Assembly: GCA_048772705.1 (NCBI GenBank)
Contig: JBLWGC010000185.1
Span: 62,001 to 126,000 of the forward strand
Reading direction: 5' to 3'
DNA length: 64,000 nucleotides
DNA from: Leidyana gryllorum EB-2025a
Taxonomy: Eukaryota; Protista; Apicomplexa
Positions within the stretch are counted from its first letter, which is position 1; each line of letters starts with the position of its first letter. The notes beneath the pieces were generated by a model, which was not told where the DNA came from, ran no database searches, and was given only the letters and a program-made list of their open reading frames with translations. A program made the position numbers and the translations under genes. This document shows positions 42,546 to 54,502 of this stretch, piece by piece.

Positions 42546-45223
42546 CTATCCGGAAGAAGATGAGATTGTGTAACTGCTTGTGTCGGAATCAAAACTTGAC
42601 GAACCTTCGGATCGGGATGTCGCATCCGAGTGACTCCCGCTGTACGAGCCTGAAGAAGAGGAATAGAAAGAGGATGAACCCGAAAGAGAACTGTCAAAAG
42701 AGTCGGAAGTGCGCCGTGGGTTCCGCTCATGTCCTGCTACGTCTGAAACCTCATTGCTGGAGGCCGGAGTGGACGCAAACGCAACAGTTTCTCTCTTGCT
42801 CGTCTGAGTATTTGGCTGGCGGTTGTCTGCCACTCCATCAGCGGCTTTTGGTGCTGCAGGAGGTCCCGCAGGAGCGTTGAATAATGCCGCACCAGGTGGA
42901 GGTGGCAAATGATCTGGCCAAATCCTGAACAATCCAGTGGGATTGTCGCGTTCGAGCGGAGTTCTCCGGCCATCATTCTGCATTGAGGTACTCGCGTCTT
43001 GGAGAGCCGTAATGTCTGCGGCATCCGTATAGATCTCAGGTGCTTGGCACGCCTTGTTGCGTCCAAAGCCTTTGCTCTCCCGTTCCTGGTCGGGAGTCTC
43101 AAACTTGGGGAATTGTGCCACGAGGAGCTCGGCCAAGTACTGTCTAACGCTCGTCCGTTCATCTAACCATCTCAACCCGAAACCTGCCATGTCCAGCTTG
43201 GCGCGAATGCCCTCGGCAACTAAACGGAAAGATTCCGGCATCAGTGGAGGAGAGTTGGAGTACCAATAACAAAGGGCTGCTGGGCTATCCAATGTCATGT
43301 GAAGTTGTGCTGACGCTAAGGTATCAGAAAAGCCTTCCATACTATCGTCCTTTAATATTGGAGTCAAATACTCTTTCTGAATCACGTCTGCACTGTCAAT
43401 GGTTTTGGCTACCAGATCTTTGGTGCTCTCCTGCGATCACATTTGGGTGTCATCGAGCCCACCGACAGTTCTCTACTCACCTCAATTAGCTTTATAAGTT
43501 CTACGAACTTGTCTGTGACTTGCTGCATCACTGCTCGGCTCTCTTCTTGGTGCCGTTTGGCGGAGGCTTCCATTTGCTGTCTGAAATGTGCTATTCCCTG
43601 TTTGTATCCCTTGAGTTTTGGCGATAGGTACGTCCGTATAGTGAATGTGATCCAGCGCATCGCTGGCTCTCCACTGAGAACATCGTGACCAAAGTGACGG
43701 CCGCCTTTGACGCAACACCGAGCGCATATGCCGATTGACTCGCAAGTCTTGCACCAAAATTGAACGGGTTCGGACAAATGGACCATACATCTGTAATCTA
43801 TCTTGTCAGCCTTTTCGGATCCCATTTGCCATCTCTTTGGCATCAGAAGGCCAACTTGACGAAGGTCTTTCAGCGTCATCGTACTCGCCATGTCGGGTTC
43901 CTGGCCGTTAGGAGCTTTCAACGGCACTTTCTGCGAGCCGATGGCTGATGGGGCGGTCCTGGGTGGTGATCCCATCGCCATATGATTTGCAGCTGAGGCC
44001 CCGTAGAGGAAGTTGATGTTGCCTGGGCCAGGACCACTGGGATAAGGCTCTTGTGGTCCGCCTCCCATGGCAGCACCGCCTCCTGATCTTTTCTGATCTG
44101 CGTAGGACATTGCAGTGGAGCCGATGATCTCGGGGTCACCCATTTCATTTATGCGGACTTGAGCAATTCGATGTTGGAGCCAATCTGAGCTCAAACCGCT
44201 TTCCCCATGTACCGCCTCTGTGCAGCAGGGACACATGAACTCCTGGCAAGCATAACAAAACTGGAGAGGCTGATTTGATCGAGTTCTGCAAATAGCGCAA
44301 TACGTCGGAGGCCGGCTGAAGGCGTTGTGAAGCTTGGATGACATGGGTGTCACACGATTGTATCGAACGAAACCAGGAATATTATTGGCATTCGCTGGGT
44401 TGAGAGGCCGTGCGTTGGGCGGCAAAGGGGGGCATCCAGTCAGTGCTGATCTCAACTGCGGGGTCAGCCGCATCACTTTCCCGCAAATAGGGCAAGCAAT
44501 AACACCTGTGCGGAACATTGTCAGGTCTCCCAAGGCAAAAGTCTTGGCAGAGCAGCTCAGGCATAGCCCATGGCCACAAGGGAGAGTTGCGTAGCTGTCA
44601 CAAGGACGCGTGCAAACATTGCATTTCACACCTTTGTGAGGAGGCTTTGGGGGCCAAGGGTTAAGGGCTGCCCCTTCACTCAGCGAGGAGGGCATTGCTG
44701 AGGTATCTGCAGCCTGACTCGTTGGCAGTTGAGACGTTGGCTGTGAGGATGCTGGCATGGAAGAAGGTTCCCCACTTGGTGGAACGGAGGATGTCTGAGG
44801 TTCCGACTGTTCTGTTGTCGTCTGCGGTGCTGATGAGCCTTCCCGGATGACTTTCTTCTGAATTTCATCAGAGTCTGAGGACGAGCTCCTGGATTTGTTG
44901 CCCTTCTTTCGCTGGCTCGGAAATGCTGAGATTTCGATGCTCGACTCGGACGTTGGTGTAGATGATGATGATGAACTAGAGCTGAGAGACGCAGATCGTG
45001 TTGGGAGTCGCGGTTTGGAGGTCGTCAGGGGGCGTGCAGACCTCGCGGCCCGTACAACGGATCTCGAGACAGTGCCAAAGCGGCTGCGTTGGAGGGACGC
45101 GCGATTCTTCCTGGGGGGTTGTGGAGGGCCATATGACACGTTTCTGGGTGGTTTCTGCTCATCATTGTGAATAGGCTTAGGTCCATTGTCCACACTGGAA
45201 TTCGTGTCTATCAGGGTTGACAT
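42546..45223 (-). CDS. RING - B-box - B-box - coiled-coil (TRIM/RBCC-like) E3 ligase, 2 exons
   Basis: RING CNVC..LPCGHGLCLSC..CPIC, B-box1 CAIC..FCYACQEFMCPCC..VH..H, B-box2 CMVH..FWCKTC..ICARC..HFGHDV, then a heptad helix. Intron ~43429-43480. Confidence 0.8.
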
Positions 45224-46984
45224 TCCAGCGCCACAAGCAAATTGTCAATCACTTTGCGTTCGTCAAAACCGAAATACGCCAAGGCATCCAATATGGCGCC
45301 TGCACAGCGGTACTTGGAGAAACAAATCTGCAGGAGGGATTTCAATTGAGCGAAGCACACACGTGTGTCGTCGGTTACATTTTGAGTTGGCTTTTGTGCA
45401 CTTCGAGCCAAAAGGAATCGGCTCGTTTGACTATGGATGTTGTCGGGCACGTTTTCGTCCTGAACACCGGTCAGAGCTTTCACAAAGTCATCCTGCGCGT
45501 TGCCGACACAGCAGCCATTCGCACCGGGAATTGTGAACATATCCATATCATTTCCCGAATCACCGCAAGCCATGACCTGACAAGGGTGTGAAGGGGCTTG
45601 CAAGCTCTGGATCGTACCTGTTTCGGCTCAGCACCATAAAGGTTTGCCAGGAACTCAATTGAAGTCCGTTTGCCTCCAGAGGGGGGAAGAACATCCAGGT
45701 ATCTGTAGAAATAGCAAATTCAGTTGCAAGGGAACCGTTTTTCCTTCTCCGCTCACTTCCACTCGCCAGGACCTGACATCAGGATGTGGTACTTCTCCAA
45801 AGACTTGGAAAGGAACTGACAACCGCGTAAAATCTGTGGCTATGGGAGGCTTTACCTCCAATGAAGCCTCAATGGTAGGTTTGAGGGTCACGAGATCATT
45901 GATATTCACTGAAACCGAGACCCGATAGGGGTCATGCCAGACCGAGCCATTGATAAAAGCGTCTGGCAAGATTGTCTGAGAGATTAGATTGGTCAGATCG
46001 AACTTTCAAGGAGCGGTCGCTCACAACCCACCCGGATGATTTCCTCAGCTTCCAATCGGTCGATTTCTGCTTCCATTTTGTGTCGCCAGACGCCGTGGAG
46101 GCGAGCGTGATACCTGGTGGGACACCAGGAGGGTCCCTCCAAGTCAGCATCTTGAATAGTTTCATCAAAATTCTCCTCCTTGTATCCAGGAGCGGCTAAA
46201 TATCGTTTTCTATCGATTGAGGGGATGTGTGAGTGGTCGGGCGATGGGTCGGTGTCGACGGGGAAGGTATATATCTCAGTGCCAACGCCACAGATGGCAT
46301 AATCTGGACGAAGAAGGTTGTTGGCCTTGGCGCCCTTGAGGAAGTCCTTGAGGTTGCGACCCGTAGAATAGATCTGAATGACCGCTGATCCCTGGGTGGA
46401 GGCGTCCGAACTCACCAGCGAAGAGCCTCTAAACTTGTGATGACGCATCCAATGATCGTTAAATCGTCTGAGCGCTTCGTCATCCCCGAGTAGGGTGCCG
46501 TCCAGATCGGTGACCAGCATCATTTTGGGGCCTGCGAGTCACGAGGAAGTGAGACTCAGTCGATCAGAGGACGGGTATTTGAAATCGGTGCCCTTTTGGA
46601 CCCGATACTGACCTTTGACTGCGGTGAGTTTACCACCACAGAGTGTATAGATGTGCGGTTCAGAGTGATCGGTGGTGATAGAGTGAGGAAGTGAGATGAC
46701 ATAGTTCTTAGTGCCAAAGTCCGCAGGAGGATTGTCCCACTGAGACTTTGTGAAGTTACACATGACAAATTCAAGAGTCGAGTGGACATCAGAGATAACA
46801 GTGCTTTGCCATCGTGGCTCTCCAAGTGAGGTGCATTTCTACGATAGATAACAAATACCACATCATCAACGGAAACATCACTAACTTGTAATATACTGTC
46901 CTCCCATTGGCCGTCCTGCCGTTTGGTGTAATGTATCACGGCCGGGTCCCACGCCGACCGATAGAAGATGACTACTGAGGGCAT
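45211..46984 (-). CDS. Sucrose-phosphatase-like HAD hydrolase with an N-terminal starch-binding (CBM25/26-like) module, multi-exon
   Basis: HAD motifs LVTDLDGTLL, YSTGR, PDYAICGVGTEIY and ACGDSGNDMDMF. N-terminal VIFY..W..AVIHY...W...EFV.....QWDN....NY. In-frame splice ~46532-46612. Confidence 0.8.
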
Positions 46985-47107
46985 CGGAGCGCTGCGGGGG
47001 CTGATAGAGGAAGGGTGACAGGTGGAAAAGACAGAACGCGAACAGCCTGAAATCGATGGTTTGGGGAGTTTTTTTTCGCAGCCCAGGCGGTGTGAAGCGG
47101 AGCGAAT

Positions 47108-47451
47108 ATGGCACGTGACTTAGCAAGACCAAGCCAGGCGAGCGAACTCCGCAAGCACAAGTTCAAGCGCCTCGTTCCCGTAAGCATCGATTCCGTCCGT
47201 CCACCCCTACATATCACTATCACAGACTCCGAACTCCTTTTTCATGGATGTTCGCTGCAATGGCTGTTTCACCATAACGACCGTCTACTCTCATGCCCAA
47301 ACTGTCGTAGTGTGCAAGGAGTGAGTCTCAGCTTCGTGCACGTTCTCTGTCGTCATTTTCCGTTTACTATCGCAGTTGCTCGACTATCCTGTGTCGCCCA
47401 GGTGGAGGCAAGGCCCGCCTCTCTGAAGGATGCCACTTCCGCAAGAAGTGA
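47108..47451 (+). CDS. RPS27: 40S ribosomal protein S27 (eS27), 3 exons; not recovered intact by the ORF track
   Basis: [24 protein letters not shown]|[32 protein letters not shown]|[24 protein letters not shown]. Introns 47180-47225 and 47321-47375. Confidence 0.95.
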
Positions 47452-47755
47452 ATGTACTCTCTGCTTGCTGCTTAGGCTCCGCCCGCTGCTGCACACCACA
47501 CAAACCTAAACCAACAAAACCAGTTATCGGCATCAATCTACGCAAAATTAGGCCCAACACGCTACTTGCTACCCTCCAATCACCTCACGCAGACACAATG
47601 TATGCAGCATGGCCAGTCTGCGCCACAAACTCGTCCCCTCAACCCCCCCACTGTGACTATCGCTATCATCACGCACTTCTCACGGTAGAAAAAATTATTC
47701 AGGGGTCGCTTTTAGAGTCGGCCTGAAACAAAGGTCAGAAAGAAGAATACAAACA

Positions 47756-48674
47756 ATGGACGTACCACCCGATGTTGGCCAAATGGCGAGCGATCCTCAG
47801 ATGGACATGCGCCTTATACCGCAACCTGGCCAGCCAGGAGCTCCCCAAGGGCCTCCGGGCGCTCCAGGAGCCATGGGCATGATGCCACCCGATGGAATGA
47901 TCATGACACAGTCGGGTGCTCCCGGCATGGCACCTTATTATGTCGCCCCTCCTCATATGCAACACCCCCAATATCTCCCTCAACAAGGTATGGCACAACC
48001 CAGCCATGCAGGCGGAGGCAAGGCGAGACTTCAGTGCCACGCCTGTTCCAAACTACTCGAATATGATGCTGGAGCTCAATACGTCCAGGTAGGTATCGTT
48101 GAGTTGAGAGGTTCATCGATCTTTTCGCAGTGCTTCTCCTGCAGTACCATGAATTCTGTTCAGCAAAAGTCTCAAGTTGGCGGCAGAGTAAGTCTCGGAG
48201 CTGTTATTTCCTATCTATAGCTCTTCCTTCTCACAGGTCCTGAGTATGCTGTGCGCCATGTGCAATACCACCAACTTAGCACCGTATGGAGTTAACTATG
48301 TGCGCTGTGGAACCTGTCACACCATCTCACAAGTAAGTTGAAAAGTTGCTGTTCGGAGAGAAACCGACTCTGCGCAGGTGTCTCATGCCTATCGAGTGGA
48401 GCTGCAACCCCAATCGGGTCCCACCGGCCAGCCCATGCCTCAAGCACCGCAAAGATACCCATATGCGACTCCTGACCAAATGCAGCAAGCCGCAATGATG
48501 CAGCAGATGGCTGGTGCCCAGCACCCTGGAGCGGGACAGCATCCTCAGCAAGGTGGCAATCTCGTTGATAAAGGAATGGGAGCACCTGATGTCCCACCCA
48601 CTCCTCCCATTGAAGCCGGTGGAGATGGCAAGTCCAACGTAAACGATCATGCCAACGGGTACGGACAGCAGTAA
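47756..48674 (+). CDS. LSD1-type zinc finger protein with Pro/Gln/Met/Gly-rich flanks, 4 exons
   Basis: CHACSKLLEYDAGAQYVQ|CFSC and CAMCNTTNLAPYGVNYVRCGTC match the CxxCxxLL.YxxGAxxVxCxxC pattern. Confidence 0.75.
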
Positions 48675-48831
48675 GAGTCCAGCGTCCTACGCCATCAGCT
48701 TGGAGGCTGCGGAGAGAGCGCTGGCCGCCACGGGATTGGGTACCATAGAAATGAGGGGCAACACAGCCGCCTGCACCACATCCCTGTGAAATGACGTTTT
48801 ATCCGCTTTGTGCCTCTCTACTAGACGCTCA

Positions 48832-49194
48832 TCACACTAACCTAATACGATTCTTGTGCGTTTGAAGCAAACGTTGAAGTTGGTTCACATATTCTTCATC
48901 ATCTGCCAGCTGCACAGCTAACTCCAATTTCAGTAATGAATCTGGTGAGCAACAACAAAAGTTGCCAATCGCAGCTATAGACTTGCCTAACGTTGCTAGG
49001 GTATCTTCGACCGCTTCCTGCGGTGTGTGCAAACGTAGCCTGAAGTTGGGTTGTCCTACGAATAGGTTTTAGATTGTGAGCTGAATGAGCGACGTACCAA
49101 TCAGAGCGGACTGAACTGTCCCCACCGTGTCAGGACTTTGCTGCACGGCATAGGAAGACAACAAGGACCCAAAAATGAGGAAATAGGGTATCAT
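48832..49194 (-). CDS. Small hypothetical protein with signal peptide, 2 exons
   Basis: ATG 49194 MIPYFLIFGSLLSS. Intron ~49040-49097. Confidence 0.45.
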
Positions 49195-49236
49195 CGCACG
49201 TGTGTGTCAGGCGATGATGAACAGGTGAAAATGCGT

Positions 49237-52200
49237 TTAATCGTCACAGCTGAGATGTCCAGTAGATTTCGTAAGTGGATTGACATGTATAACATCGGTA
49301 TGCCGTCTTGAGCGGCCATCGGAGCCAGCAGTGGTGTAAGCTCTGGTTCGATGGCCATGTATCTGTCTTGGGCTGGATGAAGAGCTGAGCCGGTGCATGG
49401 GTCGAGTCACAGGGAGTTGGTTGGGGGACCTAGCGGGGGAAGAGCGCAAACTCGATATATCCGAGGGTGTTCCGGGCCAGACTTGAAGAGGTAGCGATGG
49501 TGGGGGCGCGGGACTCAAGCAGTAGTCACGTTCACTGGCCTGATATGATAGGCGAATAGGTGATGGTGGAGACGGAGCCGTTTGATCATGTGACACGCGC
49601 TTGACGGGTTCCGGTAGTGCGGCCAGAACGCGTTCAAGTAACAGTGGGAGCGGCTCTTTTGGCTCCTCTTTGACAGGCTTTGGGTATTGATCAAACGCAA
49701 TGCTTTGAACGGCTGTCAGCTTGGTGTTGAGATCCCGAACGCTTCGGCTTCGAGTGGCCAGTATCCACAGCCGGTCGGCAATGTCAATGGTGGGTAATTT
49801 TTCCATTAAGATCTCAGTAGGAACTGCGAGCTTTGTACCTGCGCGATTCAAAGCCGACCATCGATACCGATTATAACACAATCGAGTCATGATTTCATTG
49901 CTGTGGAGATTGCATGATGAGTTAGACGTCCGCCGCTTCCAGCTCACTTGTAATTTCCATGTTGGTCCAACGTCGACAACTCTTCAGCTAGCGGCTGCAG
50001 GCAGAGAGTGATGAGAAGTTGAGGGGACGTTTCTGGTCGCTTCCCGGACTCACTGTCACAACGTATTCCAAAAATCCCGCCTGGGACTTGGCGAATTTAG
50101 CGTGTTCCCACACATTACACATCGGCGATTGTGGAAGGCCAAGATGCTCTTCGTCCAGGCCTTGCTGGTAAAACTCCGAGACAACTCGGTAAGACCAAAG
50201 CTGGTGCTCCCGCCACGCAATAATTCCATGTGACAAGTCGGCAAGCTTCACCGTCATTCGCAGGATCATTCTGTATCAAAGATAGATCGATCGCGATCGT
50301 GTGTGTGTGTGTGTGCGGGGGTGTATATGTGTGTGTTCAATGATCTGCTCACCTGATGTCCGCCTGATTGTTTTTGTAATCAAAATCTTCAGCGTTTCGG
50401 CGAACTCTGAACTTAGAGATTGCTGAAAAGTGGCACGACATGTCGGTGTCGAGAATTGCTAGAATAATTAGCTCCCTCATGCTATGATACTGCGGGTTCG
50501 TGAGGTTCTGAAATATATTGACCTCTGACGAAATCAATGCGAACCGAAAACAAAGGTAGGCATGATAACGCTCCAGCACCGCCTTCTCTCCGTACACCGT
50601 CGACTGCCCAGCCAGAAACGTTAATCATCCGCTTCCACCATACACGGCTTACGATGACGGAGCGACAGTTGACTTGAAAGGCGTTATTACGCCCCGGGTG
50701 ACCTACATCGTGCGCAAGACAGCCCAGCGTGCACGCGGCCATGTCCAGACCATCGAGCTGTGGTTGGGACACAGATCCACCGCTGCCACAACACAGTCAA
50801 ACACCACACATAACCACAAAACTTACTCTCCCCAACACCCCAACAAGCCCACAATCACCGTAAACATATGAGCGACCATGGCTCCATGGACAGCCGAGTG
50901 ATACGGATTGGGAAAGTAACGAGCGTTCACTTGGCACAAGTATCTCCGAAGAGTTACCTCGGGAACCCCCAGTGTTTCAAGATATGGTGTTAGGAGAGCG
51001 CAACCGACCTCAACCAGAATTTTATCGTAACGTGTGGCCAACTCAAGCATCGGCAAAGAGGGATCGCGACCCACCGCGACGAGATCTTCCCCATTCTAAT
51101 AACTCGATGTGAGGGCTCACACACTTTACACACACGCCATCCACACACTGTACACGCACACAATATATGGCATACCATTGTGGGCGAGTAAAGCCTTTCT
51201 TCTGTCCAAAAGGCAGGTTGCGTCTCTCGCTCCGGTGTAGTGAGGTCCTCTCCTGTACAGCGGTTGGTTTGAAGCTCAAGGGTTCCAAGACCTTTTCCGG
51301 CGAGTAGCTGCACGTATCGCATTTCCATCTGGGTATCGAGGTCATCCGTCACGCAGTCGGTATCCCCAACTCGTCCGAAGGTGTCGGCGCTGAGAAGAGC
51401 CTCATTACAGTAGCGTAAGATTTCGTCGGCTTCGAGAATCTGGGGGTCGCCAGTGCGCTGACGCTCAAAAGCAGCTCTCTGCAACGAAAGCTGGGCTCTC
51501 TTAAGCCTATATATGAGCGTCTCAATCAAGGTTTCGCCGCGTGCTTTACGGCGGTTGAGATGACGAAGCTTAAGACGCTCCACACGAATACGATCGGCCT
51601 GCGAGGCCAAAAATGTTAGGCGCTCGCTCTTTTCTGTCTGCCCGCGGCCGAGGTAGGCAAAGGCTATGATACACACATTGAAGAAGACCTGGATCCATCT
51701 GCCATCAATGATCGGATAGTAGTGACACTGACACACTGACACCCACATACACACACACACACACACACTCAGACACTTTCAGATATGTTCAGTGCAGATC
51801 ACACTGAATAGCCGTGTCGCGCGACGGTCAAACATTGCTTTATGCTCCATTAAGGTGAGTCTACCAGAGGGCAGAAGACAAGACGTCACGGCACGTCACA
51901 TCACTTTCGCATGTGGGAGTCGGCTTACTCTAGAGCGACTTCCAGGCCAGTCGATACACCATGGCGTGAACTGTAGATCAGCTCAAATGCAAAAGCCGCT
52001 GACATCCCCATTAACAGCACGTGCGGAATTAACGACAGCCGTGTCCTGCAGAGGACGTGGAAGTGGGTTGACAAGGGTGTGACACCAAGTGTGCCACACA
52101 GTGTGTGGCACAAGGGGGAGTCACACACCGCCACATCGCCACACACTGCCCTTTACTTGTTGGGGGGGCGAGTGTGTGAGTGTGTTTCCATCCACATTGG

Positions 52201-52961
52201 TTAGTGGTGCGCACCTGGTGGCCAGAATTTGATCATAGACGAGGGCATACACGAGAACAAGAAGGAGCATGACGCTATCAATGTAGTGACGGACGACCTT
52301 ATTATCATCCTCCTCGATTCCATGATGGAGGACGTTTTCGCCGTGGCTAGTTTGTAGGAGGAGACTGAAAAACCATGCAACCCAACCCGTCAGTAGGGGG
52401 AGAAGAGACGCGTATGCCCAGCTCTCCGGCCCAAGTCCACACAAATCGTGTGAAGCCGTCAGGAGATTGATGAGTATCGCACAAACGCCAACTGCTCCAA
52501 TAACGTGGAGAGTAGCCTCGGCCCAGACGAGTGCTGAGTCTCGGATCAGCAGCCCAAAAACCAGCCAAGCCGAGAGCTGAGAAGCGAAGAGTGCCGAAAC
52601 ACCAATTGGGGCGCGGAAGGGATAGGTACTGGCGAGATGCTTGGCAAAACCACGTTCCGTCACCAAGTCATCGAACCTGGAAAGATTAGTCAGTCAGTCA
52701 GTGGTGTGCTCGAAGGCCTCACTGTAGTAAGCAGGTCCGCTTCTTGAAGGGCTGGACGAGTTGCGCCAAGTCATCGCGGGATCCACCATCGTTGGGAACC
52801 AGTCTGGGGAGTTGGGTGTTGGAGGGAACGCGAGGGCCTTCGGGTGTGCTGGAGTCTGCCGAGAGATTCCGCAGCAGCAGCAGACTGGAGTGGGGTAATG
52901 TCTGGACACTGGGGGAGAAACGGAGGGCGACGTTGGGGCCTTCTTCTAACTCAGCGCTCAT
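49237..52961 (-). CDS. Membrane-anchored class I cyclic nucleotide phosphodiesterase (copy A), multi-exon
   Basis: N-terminal TM helices. NPYHSAVHGAMVAH, AHDVGHPGRNN, DTDMSCHF, KLADLSH..EFYQQG and KSQAGF. Confidence 0.9.
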
Positions 52962-53085
52962 TATCGTATCATTCGGCTAAACAACGAACATATACATTGA
53001 ACGTATACACTTCCCCCTCGCTCGCTCGCTCGCTGTAACCGACCTCCAAAATCTCGACATCAGACACAGGGGGCTGGCTGGCTGG

Positions 53086-54469
53086 CTATCGTGGCTTTCC
53101 CTTCTGCAACGCTCGGGGCGAGATCAGGTCCCGCCCTCCTCGTGGACTAACGACTCCCGTTGTCGGATCTACCTCCCAGCTATCACGCCTAGAAAGATCC
53201 AAAGCCCCCGGTCTACTACTGGTACCACCTTCTTCCTCCTCGCTCTCTTCTTCTTCTTCTTCTTCCTCCTCCTCTTCCTCCGAGCTTTCCTCTTCTTCGC
53301 TCTCTTCCTCTTCCTCGCTTTCCTCCTCTTCGCTCTCGTCTTCCTCCTCGTCTTCCCCGGCCTCGGACCCAGCAGCCGGGGTCACGGTCTCTGTCCGGGC
53401 GGCAACATTCTCCATCACCTTCTTGACCTCCTGGATACCCATTGGGTCAGTGTTGATTTCGTCCACAGTTTTACTCCGCATCGCCTGAATCAGCACAGCC
53501 TCACACCAGAATGGCGGAGCCGTCTTGATGCTCTTCACCTCGTCCGGAATCGGTACCGTGTCGCCCTTCTCCTTGTACATCTCCCATTTGTGCTTATTGA
53601 ATAACACCTTTGACATCAAAACCTGACTGTACTCTCCGGTGAAGTCCACTTCCTGAAGCTCCAAAGCGAGCGGCTGCATCGAAAGTGTGTCTGAGAACCG
53701 CCCTCTAAACACTCTCAACTCACTATAACGACGAACTGGAGGAAACCAGCCTGGGACTTGGCAAAGTCTCCATGGGTCTTCGAGTCACACAGGGGAGAGA
53801 TCGGCATCTTCAAAGATGCCTCCTCGGCTCCCTGTTGATAAAACTCCTCTGTCACTCGAAGTGACCAACTCAAATGCTGATTCCACTCCACAAAACCGTG
53901 ACTCAGATCAGCCATCTTCATACACAGCCTCAACACCAATCTATAGAGCGCGAAAACATCACAATATCACACATTGGTCACTCACTGCGCGTCTTCCAAA
54001 TTGCGCGTGATGTCAAACTTGTCAGAGCTCCGACGAACCTTAAACTTGCTGATAGACGCAAAATGCTGCGACATATCCGTGATCAATATAAAGTCAATGA
54101 TGCTCGATCGCACACTCCGGTAATCTGCAACTGACAGCTTCTGGAAAACATTCACTTCAGCTCCAATCTGTGCGTAACGGAAAGCCAAGAAACAGTGATA
54201 AGACTCCAAAATCGACACATCGTTATACATACGCGCCAACAGACCACTCTGATTCAGGTAAAAGTTGTTGTTCCGCCCAGGATGCCCAACATCGTGACCC
54301 AATGCGCCAATCACCAACGCGAACCGATCCAAATCTCGAACTCTGCACACAAAAGAAGCAATTGAATCAAGTCCAACCACCCGTTCTCCCCCAACACGTC
54401 TCACTCACACGCGATCACAACGGACACATGGAGACACGGACACATGGAGGCACACACACATGGAGACAC

Positions 54470-54502
<33 letters not shown>

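Noticed and set aside
9201-47451. Functional clustering of RNA-processing genes (IPI1-like, DDX42-like, PRP4, La, RPS27)
   Set aside because: They are interspersed with unrelated genes and such genes are common in compact genomes, so there is no evidence of a real cluster.
46985-47755. Long 'intergenic' region possibly hiding an ncRNA
   Set aside because: Largely explained by the three-exon RPS27 gene.
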